Shown: piece by piece, positions 24,841-35,439 of the stretch | How positions within the stretch are numbered: the first letter of the stretch is position 1 | Layout: every line of letters begins with the position of its first letter | Assembly: GCA_002269645.1 (NCBI GenBank) | Contig: NIVC01000671.1 | Span: 420,228 to 484,227, forward strand | Length of the DNA stretch: 64,000 nucleotides | Reading direction: 5' to 3' | DNA from: Macrostomum lignano | Taxonomy: Eukaryota | Position numbers and translations under genes: made by a program | Notes under the pieces: model-generated | What the model was told of the DNA's origin: nothing | Database searches by the model: none | The model's input: the letters and a program-made list of their open reading frames with translations, nothing else

Positions 24841-27800
24841 TCCCGAGTCCTGCAGGATATGATGTTCTCCTACACAGCGGACGGAAGCGTGGAGAAGCTG
24901 AAGGCGCTGATGACCCGGCCGGGCGGTCAGCAGCCGGATTTGGATGCGCGCGACCCCGCCACTGGCGACACGCCGCTGCTCATGGCGGCCAGGCGAGGCC
25001 ACCTGGCTACGGTGCGGCTGCTTCTGCAGCACGGAGTCGACGCCACCGTGCTCAGCCGGGACGGCGAGTCAGTGTTGGACATTGGCAACAGTCACGTGCG
25101 CAAGGCCGTCTTGGATAGGCAGCTGACGCCCGATGCGCAGTTTGCGCAGGTAAGGATCTCTGGCGCCAGAACCCAGCTCTGGCTACCCGAATCTCACAGT
25201 CTCACCGCAATCTCACCCGAATCTCATCGTGTCCTACCCGAATCTCATCCAGTCCTACCCGAATCTCATCCTGTCCTACCCGAATCTCATCCTGTCCTAC
25301 CCGAATCTCATCCAGTCCTACCCAAATCTCATCCTGTTCTACGCGAATCTCATCCAGTCCTACCCGAATCTCATCCTGTCCTACCCGAATATCTTCGTGT
25401 CCTACCCGAATATCTTCGTGTCCTACCCGAATCTCATCCAGTCCTACCCGAATCTCATCCAGTCCTACCCGAATCTCATCCTGTCCTACCCGAATCTCAT
25501 CCTGTCCTACCCGAATCTCATCCTGTCCTACCCGAATCTCATCCAGTCCTACCCGAATCTCATATTCTCCTACCCGAATCTCATCCTGTCCTACATGAAT
25601 CTCATCCAGTCCTACCCGAATCTCATATTCTCCTACCCGAATCTCATCCTGTCCTACCCGAATCTCATCCTGTCCTACCCGAATCTCATCCTGTCCTACC
25701 CGAATCTCATCCAGTCCTACCCGAATCTCATCCTGTCCTACCCGAATCTCATATTCTCCTACCCGAATCTCATCCTGTCCTACCCGAATCTCATCCTGTC
25801 CTACCCGAATATCTTCGTGTCCTACCCGAATATCTTCGTGTCCTACCCGAATATCTTCGTGTCCTACCCGAATCTCATCCAGTCCTACCCGAATCTCATC
25901 CAGTCCTACCCGAATCTCATCCAGTCCTACCCGAATCTCATCCAGTCCTACCCGAATCTCATCCAGTCCTACATGAATCTCATCCTGTCCCAGGCCTGCT
26001 GGCAGGGCTGCCTGTTCGGCGTGCGCCACCACCTGCGCCACCTGACGGACGAGGACCTCCGTTCCGCCCGCAACCGCGACGGCTGCCCGGCCGGCATCCT
26101 GCTGGTCCGCGACCTCGAGCGGATCGGCCGACTGGCCGAGCAGTTCCGCATCGACTACCGGCCGGCCGAGGTTCTGCGGCTGCTGCTGGATCGCGGCCTG
26201 GACGTCAACGCCGCCGTAGACGTGCCGACAGGCCGGTCGCCGTTGCACTTCGTTGCCGCGGCTGCTGGCGGCAGCGGCGGAAGCGGCGGCAGCTGGTTGG
26301 GCGCCGCCCGGCACGCCAGGCCGCTCTTGACGGCGCTGGCGCAGGCCGGAGCGAACCTGGAGGCCGCCGACTCCCGGCAGTACACGCCGCTGCACTGCGC
26401 CTGCCTGGCCAAGGCAACCTCCGCGGTCAAGGAGCTGCTCCGCCTCGGCGCCAGCCACCGTGCCATCGGCCTGATGGGCTCCACGCCACTGCACCTCAGC
26501 GCCATGCAGGGCGACGCCGAATCCGCGGCGCTGCTACTTCACGCCGGCGCCGATCCTGGCGCCGCTGACGCCGGCGGCCAGACCCCGGTGGACCTGGCGA
26601 ACTCGGCTCGCATCCGCTGCCTGCTGGAGGGCAGGCCGGCGCCTCCGGATCGGCCACAGCCGGACCGCCCGCGGCGAGTCGGTCGGTCCCGCACGGAGGT
26701 GTCGCCAGCATCTGCCGCAGCTGCATCGGCGGAGTCTCAGCCGCTGCGGTTGCCGAGCATCTTCGGCGAGTCGGACGGCCAGCAGCAGCGCGCGGCAGAA
26801 GCAGCAGCGGCGGCTCGAGCTCGCGGTCGGAGCGCCAGCCCGCCGATGCTGGCCGCGGCGGCCGTTGTATTTCACCGGCACCCGTCCGCTCGCTCCTCGG
26901 ACAGCCCGGCGCCGTCAAATTTCCTGCATCACCGTCGGCTGCCCTGGCAGAGCGGCGGCCCGGCTGCCCCGGCGCGCCAGGACAGCGCGGCGTCCAGCAT
27001 GGACAGCGCCCGAGGGCGCAACAGCTCGCGGACGTGCCTGGAGGACATGGAGGACTCGGCCGCCGCAACGCCGCGCTCCCTGACCCTGTCATCGTCAGTT
27101 TCGGCTCCGTCGTTGATGTCCGCAGCGTTGTCAGCATCGGCAACGTCTCCGGCGGCAACGGCGGCATCGACTGCCGGGCCGCTGAATCCGATCGCCGAGA
27201 CGATCGACGAGGCTGCCGAGGCGACCTCGCCGCCGAGCTCGGCCCGGAGATCTGATGCCAGCCAGCTGCCTCGCCAGTCAGTCGTGCTGGGCCGCCGTGT
27301 TCCGATCGCCAAAGCGCCGCTGCGCATGTCGACCCCAGCCACGGCGGTCAAGCGATCCGGCGGCGGCGGCGGCGCTTCCTCAGTCGTCGCCATGACAACA
27401 AGAAGCAAGACGGAAGCGCAGATTGAATTGTCAAATAGCGTTGAGATACTTGAAGATCCGCAGTCGGTCGGATTGAATGACGCCGTCACCGCGACACCAA
27501 CGGCCACTTCTCCAGCCGCCTCCACAGCCTCTGCCCCAGCTGCCTCCCCAGCCGCTTCACCAGCCTCCGCCCCAGCTTCCGCACAAGACGCTGACGCGCA
27601 ACCGTCAGCTCCTGCCGTATCAGCCAGCAGCAAAGCCGCAGCCAAAGCAACCAAAGCCAAGCCGAGCCCATCGGCAAGCTCGGCAGCTGTCGGCGAAGGC
27701 CAGTCGGCCGTCGGCAAGTCGGCCAGTCAGCCCGGCAAGCAGCAGCAGCAGCGGCAGCCGATCTCAGCGCCGAAGCGTCTCACCGCGGCGCCAGTTCGAA

Positions 27801-30800
27801 AGCGCGGCGCCGGTGGTGCCGTCAACCAGCGAAAAAAGCAGCAACAACCGCAGCAGAAGCAGCAATCTTCTGGAGCCAAGAAGCCGTCGGCAGCCAAGTC
27901 GGTCGCCCTGCCGAAGAACCCGACGGTAATTCAGTCAGACGAGGCTGCCAGCGAGGAGGCGGTGGCGCCGTCACTCGTGGAGCTGTCCGGCGTGGAGCCG
28001 GGGCCCGGCTGGCTGGTGTCGGCCACCGCGGTCGATGGCGGCGGCGGCGTCCAGCTGCTGGCGGCCGCGGCGCCGGCTGGCGCAGCCGGGCTGAGCCGCT
28101 ACCCGGTGCTCAGCTCCATTGGCTCCAACTTATCCGCTGCTGACGACCGAACGCTGCTGTCCGAGATTCCCGAAATGCTGGACGCTGAACCGACGGACGC
28201 CGACGAATGCGATGAGCCGCTGCTGCAGCCACCAGACTCTGTGTTCGTCAGCCACGCCGGCGCTGAGAACGGAACCGCCGGCGCCGTCGGTGGCTCCGAC
28301 CCGCTGAACGACACCATCTCGAGTCTGTCCTCAACCGCCAGCGGACGCGACGGAGACGATGCCGCCTATAGCGACGGGATTTACTGGCGCCAGGGGCCGA
28401 AGATCGGGTCGGGAAGCTTTGGCGTGGTGCGCCAGGGACTCACGGAGGCTGGGCGCATCATCGCGGTCAAGCAGGTGAGCTGCATCATCCCTCATTCTGA
28501 TTAGAAGAAATTGGGGCATTAAATGAGAGTGCACTAAATGACATTAAGAAAGCCAGGGCCCTTGTACGCCACACGTTCTCTAACAATTTATTAGAAAGTG
28601 CAACTTAAAATCCTTACTTTTCTGGTAACTCACAGCAGTTTCAAAGCAAACAAACAAAAAATTATAAATTAAATATAGCCTTATACAATGGTTGATTAGA
28701 GCACATAGATTATTAAAAACATTAAATGATTTTTGCTCCTTTTGCTATTTCGGACAAAATAGTTCAGACAGTTCCGCCAATCAAAATGAAACTACTTCCG
28801 TTCAGTACATATTGTTAAACAGAACATTTATTGGCTCTTACCCCCCCCCCCAGCTTAAACCCTCCAACCGCGCCTTTCCTCACTATCCCCGCCCGGCCCC
28901 AATTTTTATTGCCTTTCTCGGAATTCCAGCCTAGGAGCCATGTACATTTCAGTGGACTGGCCAATGTACATTATTGCTGAACCAATTAGCAAGTTGTTTA
29001 CGCCTGCAAGCTTGGGCTTCTAAACTTATCAAAGTCATTTCGGCTGCCTTTATTCTTATAAAATAGCTTATGTGTTCTTATTTGCTACTGATCTGGAAGT
29101 AGAAAGCTGTTTTACTAAGTATATATGCCTGAGTGGCCCATCCAGTTGTTTTAGTAAAAGTGATACAAACTAACCGATCCCCACTCCGTCAGGTGAGCAT
29201 CGAGCGCGAGGACTCCTCCGTTGAGACGGAACTTCGCCGAATTCGTCAAGAGGTGGAGATTCTGCGCAATCTGCGGCATCGCAACATTGTCCAGCTGCTG
29301 GGCACGCGGTGCGATGGCGACATGTTCTACATCATCATGGAGTTCGTGCCGGGCGGCAGCATCCGGGGACTCCTGGACCGCTACGGCTCGCTGTCCGAGC
29401 GGGTCTGCCGGCGCTACCTGCGGCAGGTGGTCAGCGGGGTGGCCTTCCTGCACGCCAACGGAGTTGTGCACCGCGACATCAAGGTTGGTGGGGCTTCGCG
29501 TGTTTCGGCGGAGTTTAATTTTGTACTTGAAAATACAAAGTTGTGCCTTAGTAAAAATTATCCTATCACACCACCAAATCACCGCACTCAGGGCCACAAC
29601 ATCATGGTGACGGACGCCGGGGTCATCAAGTTGATCGACTTCGGCTGCGCCAAGCGACTGCACGCCACGCAGATGTCTCTGTCTGGCAAGCGCGCTCAGC
29701 AGCAGATGTCGCTAGAGGGCACGCCATACTGGATGGCGCCGGAGGTCGTCCTTGAAGCCGGCCACGGCGCCAAGTCCGACTGTTGGTCCGTCGGCTGCAC
29801 CCTGTTGGAAATGGCGACAACGCGGCCTCCATTCGCCGACATGCCGCCCATGGCAGCCATCTTCGCCATTGGCAACGGCGAGCCGAAGCCGCCGACTCTG
29901 CCGCAAGAATTCTCAGCCGACGCGCACTCCTTCTATGCCGGCTGCTTGGTGCGTGACCCGGCGCTCCGGCCTGCCGCCGAGGACCTGGCTAAGCACCGGT
30001 TCCTGAGGGCGCGCTCGCGGTGAGTTGTACTTGCATGGGCTGGATCCAATTTGGGCTGGAGCCAGTTTGGGGGTTGTGCTTGGGCTGGAGCCATTTTGGG
30101 GGTTGTGCTTGTGCTGGAGCCATTTTGGGGGTTGTGCTTGTGCTGGAGCCATTTTGGGGGTTGTGCTTGTGCTGGAGCCAGTTTACGGGTTGGGCTTGGG
30201 CTGGAGCCAGTTTGGGGGTTGTGCTTGTGCTCAAGCCAGTTTAGGGGTTGGGCTTGGGCTGGAGCCAGTTTGGGGGGGGGGGTAATTGTGCTTGGGCTGG
30301 AGCCAGTTTGGGGTTGTGCTTGGGCTGGAGCCATTTTGGGGGTTGTGCTTGGGCTGGAGCCAGTTTGGGGGTTGTGCTTGGGCTGGAGCCAGTTTGGGGG
30401 TTGTGCTTGGGCTGGAGCCAGTTTGGGGGTTGTGCTTGGGCTGGAGCCAGTTTGGGGGTTGTGCTTGTGCTGGAGCCAGTTTGGGGGTTGTGCTTGGGCT
30501 GGAGCCAGTTTGGGGGTTGTGCTTGGGCTGGAGCCAGTTTGGGGGTTGTGCTTGTGCTGGAGCCAGTTTGGGATTGTGCTTGGGCTGGAGCCAGTTTACG
30601 GGTTGGGCTTGAGCTGGAGCCAGTTTGGGGGGGGGTAATTGTGCTTGGGCTGGAGCCAGTTTGGGGTTGTGCTTGTGCTGGAGCCAGTTTGGGGGTTGTG
30701 CTTGTGCTGGAGCCAGTGTGGGGTTGTGCTTGGGCTGGAGCCAGTTTACGGGTTGGGCTTGGGCTGGAGCCAGTTTGGGGGGGGGGGTAATTGTGCTTGG

Positions 30801-32121
30801 GCTGGAGCCAGTTTGGGGTTGTGCTTGTGCTGGAGCCAGTTTGGGGTTGTGCTTGGGCTGGAGCCATTTTGGGGGTTGTGCTCGTGCTGGAGCCATTTTG
30901 GGGGTTGTGCTTGTGCTGGAGCCAGTTTACGGGTTGGGCTCGTGCTGGAGCCATTTTGGGGGTTGTGCTTGTGCTGGAGCCAGTTTACGGGTTGGGCTTG
31001 GGCTGGAGCCAGTTTGGGGGTTGTGCTTGGGCTGGAGCCAGTTTGGGGGTTGTGCTTGGGCTGGAGCCAGTTTGGGGGTTGTGCTTGGGCTGGAGCCAGT
31101 TTGGGGGTTGTGCTTGTGCTGGAGCCAGTTTGGGGGTTGTGCTTGGGCTGGAGCCAGTTTGGGGGTTGTGCTTGGGCTGGAGCCAGTTTGGGGGTTGTGC
31201 TTGTGCTGGAGCCAGTTTGGGATTGTGCTTGGGCTGGAGCCAGTTTACGGGTTGGGCTTGAGCTGGAGCCAGTTTGGGGGGGGGTAATTGTGCTTGGGCT
31301 GGAGCCAGTTTGGGGTTGTGCTTGTGCTGGAGCCAGTTTGGGGGTTGTGCTTGTGCTGGAGCCAGTGTGGGGTTGTGCTTGGGCTGGAGCCAGTTTACGG
31401 GTTGGGCTTGGGCTGGAGCCAGTTTGGGGGGGGTAATTGTGCTTGGGCTGGAGCCAGTTTGGGGTTGTGCTTGTGCTGGAGCCAGTTTGGGGTTGTGCTT
31501 GGGCTGGAGCCATTTTGGGGGTTGTGCTCGTGCTGGAGCCATTTTGGGGGTTGTGCTTGTGCTGGAGCCAGTTTACGGGTTGGGCTCGTGCTGGAGCCAT
31601 TTTGGGGGTTGTGCTTGTGCTGGAGCCAGTTTACGGGTTGGGCTTGGGCTGGAGCCAGTTTGGGGGTTGTGCTTGGGCTGGAGCCAGTTTAGGGGTTGGG
31701 CTTGGGCTAGCGGAGCCAGTTTGGGGGGGGGGGGTAATTGTGCTTGGGCTGGAGCCAGTTTGGGGTTGTGCTTGGGCTGGAGCCATTTTGGGGGTTGTGC
31801 TTGGGCTGGAGCCAGTTTGGGGGTTGTGCTTGGGCTGGAGCCAGTTTGGGGGTTGTGCTTGGGCTGGAGCCAGTTTAGGGGGTTGTGCTTGGCCTGAATC
31901 CAATTTGAGCTGGAGCCAGTTTGGGGAGGGTTGTGATTGGGCTGGAGCCAGTTTGGGGGGTTGTGCTAGGACTGGAGCCAGTTTGGGGGGTTGTGATTGG
32001 GCTGGAGCCAGTTTGGGGGTTGTGCTTGTGCTGGAGCCAATTAAAATTCGTAGCATTTCTTTGTTTCAGAGCCGAAAGCAGTGGCGGAACCGGCAGTGTG
32101 AGCAGCGCAGGTCATCAATGA
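24736..32121 (+). CDS. MAP3K19: Ankyrin-repeat plus MAP3K19/YSK4-like STE11-family kinase; exons 24736-25149, 25994-28474, 29193-29483, 29592-30019, 32070-32121
   Basis: Ankyrin motifs GDTPLLMAARRGH, TPLHCACLAKA and TPLHLSAMQGD. Kinase motifs GSGSFG, IAVKQ|V, MEFVPGGSI, HRDIK|GHN, IDFGCA, GTPYWMAPEV and KSDCWSVGCT closely match MAP3K19. All junctions are GT-AG and in frame. Start codon uncertain (acceptor-like site at 24551). Confidence 0.9.
25190..25990. repeat. 21-bp minisatellite (GAATCTCATCCTGTCCTACCC)n in kinase intron 1
   Basis: About 38 units ending in the acceptor TCATCCTGTCCCAG. Confidence 0.95.
28790..29162 (-). mobile_element. CACAG-TIR MITE family copy (reverse orientation, one end degraded) in kinase intron 2
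   Basis: Reverse complement matches the body and 5' TIR of the copies at 39174 and 57521. Confidence 0.8.
30035..32040. repeat. ~29-bp minisatellite (GGCTGGAGCCAGTTTGGGGGTTGTGCTTG)n in the last kinase intron, with a 649-bp higher-order duplication
   Basis: Rare variants recur 649 bp apart (GGGATTGTG at ~30570/31219; GTGTGGGG at ~30716/31365). Confidence 0.95.
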
Positions 32122-33804
32122 CTACAGTTTTCAAAACTTCAGCGCGAGCAAAAAGCAGTTTTCGAAAAGTGAAATATACAAGTTAAACTGACGCTACGCT
32201 CATATGTACGTGTACATAAACTACTGTAGTTCACTTGAATGTGCCTTGCTGGCTTTCCTCTGTGATTTACCTTATCATGAAAGCCACTGTTACGGCTTGT
32301 TGCTTTAAAAAGTGATAATTGCTTTAAAAAAACTGCTATAAACTCAAATCTGTATTTGTTGTTGATTGTCAGTCGGTAAAGCTTTTCTCCTTTAAAAAGA
32401 GCTGCTCATCATATTTCTCACATCAATATAGTTAATGATATAAGTGAGTGTTTAAGTAGGCTCCATCTTGTTAGAGCTGTTGCTATTAAGGCATAACTAA
32501 TCATCGAAAAAATTATTGTATTTAAATCGGTGCCATACTTTTTAAAAGTACAAATATCGAGTAGCTAGAGTGTTTTTATTTTTTATCACACTTTCCATTC
32601 TTAGTAAATTGATGGTACACTATAGACGAGTGCCTTCAGTGCACCCGATATGTTTTTGTACAAAATGTCACTGTGTCCTTTTGTTTTCTGTATGCCCTTT
32701 TGGCAACCATCGCAAGGTGTTTTCAAGCTGTCTGCCAGCACCCAGTTTTTGTTTTTTATTCGTATCATAAATCGAAATTATGCTCGTTCTGTTTCGAACT
32801 CAATAATTTTTACTATATTTTATTTTTTGCCCATTAGTTTAGTTTTTAATTTGTAGTTTTTGTGCCTTATTAGTAGTGTTTTTCTACTTTTGCTTTCCAC
32901 TCTGAGAGGATTGCTATTTGGTGTATATTTTTGCTTTCAAATTCTGTAAGACTGCAGTTGAGCAGCTTGGTGGTGTACAAGTGCCTTCTGCTTTTGCTTG
33001 TGTGACTTGACTCTATTTTTATCAGATCGAAGAAAAATAAAAAACGTTAGCTATAAAAAATAAATGATTGGCTTGGTATCGGAAAGTTCAATTGATGGGC
33101 TTGTTTCATATGTGTGCGAGCTAAGAAAACATGTTTTAAATAAATAGAAACTTTATCTGCATCGGTTGTTTATTATATTTTGTATAGAAAAGCGAAGCAT
33201 TATTAATTAACTAATTTATACAGTGGCAGTATTGTTATCATTTAAATGTTTATTAACATTGGAGAAGGCTTCATCCTATAAGATGAAGTTATCAACAATA
33301 ATGTAATAATATGAGTGTGACCACGTGAGCTTCATACTTCATACATATAATTAATGATATATACACTAAAGGATGCATTCACAATCACACGTTGCTATAA
33401 AACTAAAGATCATCACTGGCATATACATAATGGTATAGAAACAGTATGTATTCATAGAAGTGGTTTTTGTTTCTAAGAAATACTAGTTTTAAAATGTTAC
33501 GCGAAAATTCTATTTTTGTTTTACTTTGCAAAATATTCTCAAATATTCTATGTTTGTTTAAATATACACGAAAGAAATAGTATAAATAGGAGTGAAGTTT
33601 AGGGAAGTAGGATTCAACTTGCTCTCACGAATTAAATCGTTTACAGCTTGTTCAATACTTATTCTCAGATCATTGCTTATTTTAAGAGGTATTGAGAGTT
33701 GGGAATCAGGAATTCATGCAAAGAGAGTACTAAGAGTGATCGCTGTGACCCTCTAATCTCGGTAACGCCCAGACTGGAGAGAGAAAGTACATATACCAGT
33801 AAGA

Positions 33805-33930
33805 CCGCTCAGGCCATATACTAAGAACGCTACCAGACCATATACTAAGAACGCTATCAGGCCATATACTAAGAACGCTACCAGACCATATACTAAGAAC
33901 GCTACCAAACTAATACATAAAAACGCTACC
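33805..33930. repeat. 24-bp tandem repeat (CCATATACTAAGAACGCTACCAGA)n
   Basis: About 5 units. Confidence 0.85.
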
Positions 33931-34290
33931 CAGAAAATATATTAGAAATACTAAAGACAGAATTTAGTATCAGCAGTATAAATTCGATAGCAGGGAATTT
34001 GAAGGCCTGTTACAACTTTGGTGGCAGCTCGTTGGATATTTAATAAGCACTAGCATCAATAGTTAGGAGTTTAGAAAGACAGAGCCAGAAGGCCTGTCAT
34101 AGCTGGTGCCAGCAGTGGGATTGTTCATAAAGACAGAGGAATAACACCTGTCACAAGTATAAAAACTTATGAAAAATAATTTACAAAACAATGTTGCTAA
34201 ATTAAAATAGAATTAATCCAGTATACAAAGTTTGGTCATTAAAAGACAGAGTGAACCAATTGTCGTGTTGAATTGCAAATAGGCTTTTCC

Positions 34291-34900
34291 TTAGGCAGTA
34301 ATGTTGGCTGGAAGAGTGGCTGTAGAATTTGGGCAGAATTTTAAGCCATGAGCCAATTTGCTATTTAAGGCATGAGCAGTCTTGCAAACTGAAATGTTAA
34401 AAGTAAAAATTTAGGTTGATTGGAAATAAAAGGGCAAGTAATATTCTTAATAATAATCATGATATTCACTTACTCAATGGGATTTTCTCTTGGAATTTAT
34501 GCATTGCATTTTGAAGTGAAATTATGAAGGACAGAAAGTTGTAGATCACAAAGACAAACAGAATCACTGCTAAAATTAAAATGATGCACAGAGCCACTTG
34601 AACACGAGGACTGCTGCAAAACCAAAATGATTTGGTACATAATCGTGAATATTTAAGAATTATTTCTGTGTACTGTATTACATGAAACAAAACTTGAACT
34701 ATCAATCAAAACTGATCTCAAAATTATCATAAGACACAAAATACTTACAATTCTTTGAATCCACTCTGTCCTTTCTTTGATTTAGGTCCATTAAAAAATG
34801 TGTCTGATGAGTCGCTGTCGCACTCTTCCTCCTCATGTACAAGAATGTACTCATAATTTGCATCTAACTTTGTTCCATCCTTCTTCCTTTCGTAAGCCAT
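34291..34900 (-). CDS. Small (~129 aa) single-pass membrane protein of unknown family; exons 34900-34749, 34613-34474, 34388-34291
   Basis: ATG-initiated acidic exon (MAYERKKDGTKLDANYEYILVHEEEECDSDSSD...) ends at a phase-2 GTAAGT donor. TTTTGCAG acceptor is in matching phase and leads to a hydrophobic helix (VALCIILILAVILFVFVIYNFLSFII). Phase-1 GTAAGT donor joins a TAACATTTCAG acceptor. C-terminus has NST and NIT sequons. Exon 3 is less certain. Confidence 0.7.
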
Positions 34901-35439
34901 TAAAACTCAGAAACTGTATACAAATTTATAATAATCTACGAGCTTCGAGCTGTCACCTGTTATCTCTGCAGATATAGATTGTATTTAATATAAATAATTT
35001 TACAGCTTTCAACCAGAAAAGCTACATGTACATATTGCAGACAACTGAGACAAGCTTAAAGCCTGTAGACGCTTCACGTCCTACGTGAAAATTAACGAAT
35101 AGTATTGTAAACTGAATTTTATTTTGTTTTGGAACTAAGCATTTAAGCAAATTCTACTTTAGCTATATCTCAGTTATTGAAAAAATATTAAAGTCACTAA
35201 TGGTTTCTTTTGTTTTTTAAGTAGAAGAAAGTTTTTTCTGCTAAAACATACGCTGTTGTTTTCAAAATGCGAAAAAAATATTGTACAATTTGAATGCCAA
35301 TTTCTATTATCGAACGTCCACCGGACGGAAGTTTGCGAAGATCAGCAGCAGCTTCATCTGATCTTGTTGCTTTGGCTTTTGTTTATGCTCCTAGTTGTAT
35401 GCAACTTGGTTGATATATTTTATAAAGCATACGCACGCA
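34901..35439. promoter_or_regulatory. Probable bidirectional promoter between the TM gene and GIPC
   Basis: Divergent ATGs 540 bp apart, local CpG enrichment and an ETS-type CGGAAGT at 35326-35332. Confidence 0.5.

Noticed and set aside
25202-28317. Many overlapping antisense and alternative-frame ORFs in GC-rich exons (also in B56, FANCL, CCDC85-like)
   Set aside because: Expected shadows of high-GC coding sequence; no recognisable domains.
28472-29198. Identical CAGGTGAGC at both ends of kinase intron 2 (and GGTAAG at GIPC intron 2) as an intron-gain or recursive-splice signature
   Set aside because: AG|GT proto-splice context and Val/Gly codons can explain it, and the intron positions look ancestral; no further support.
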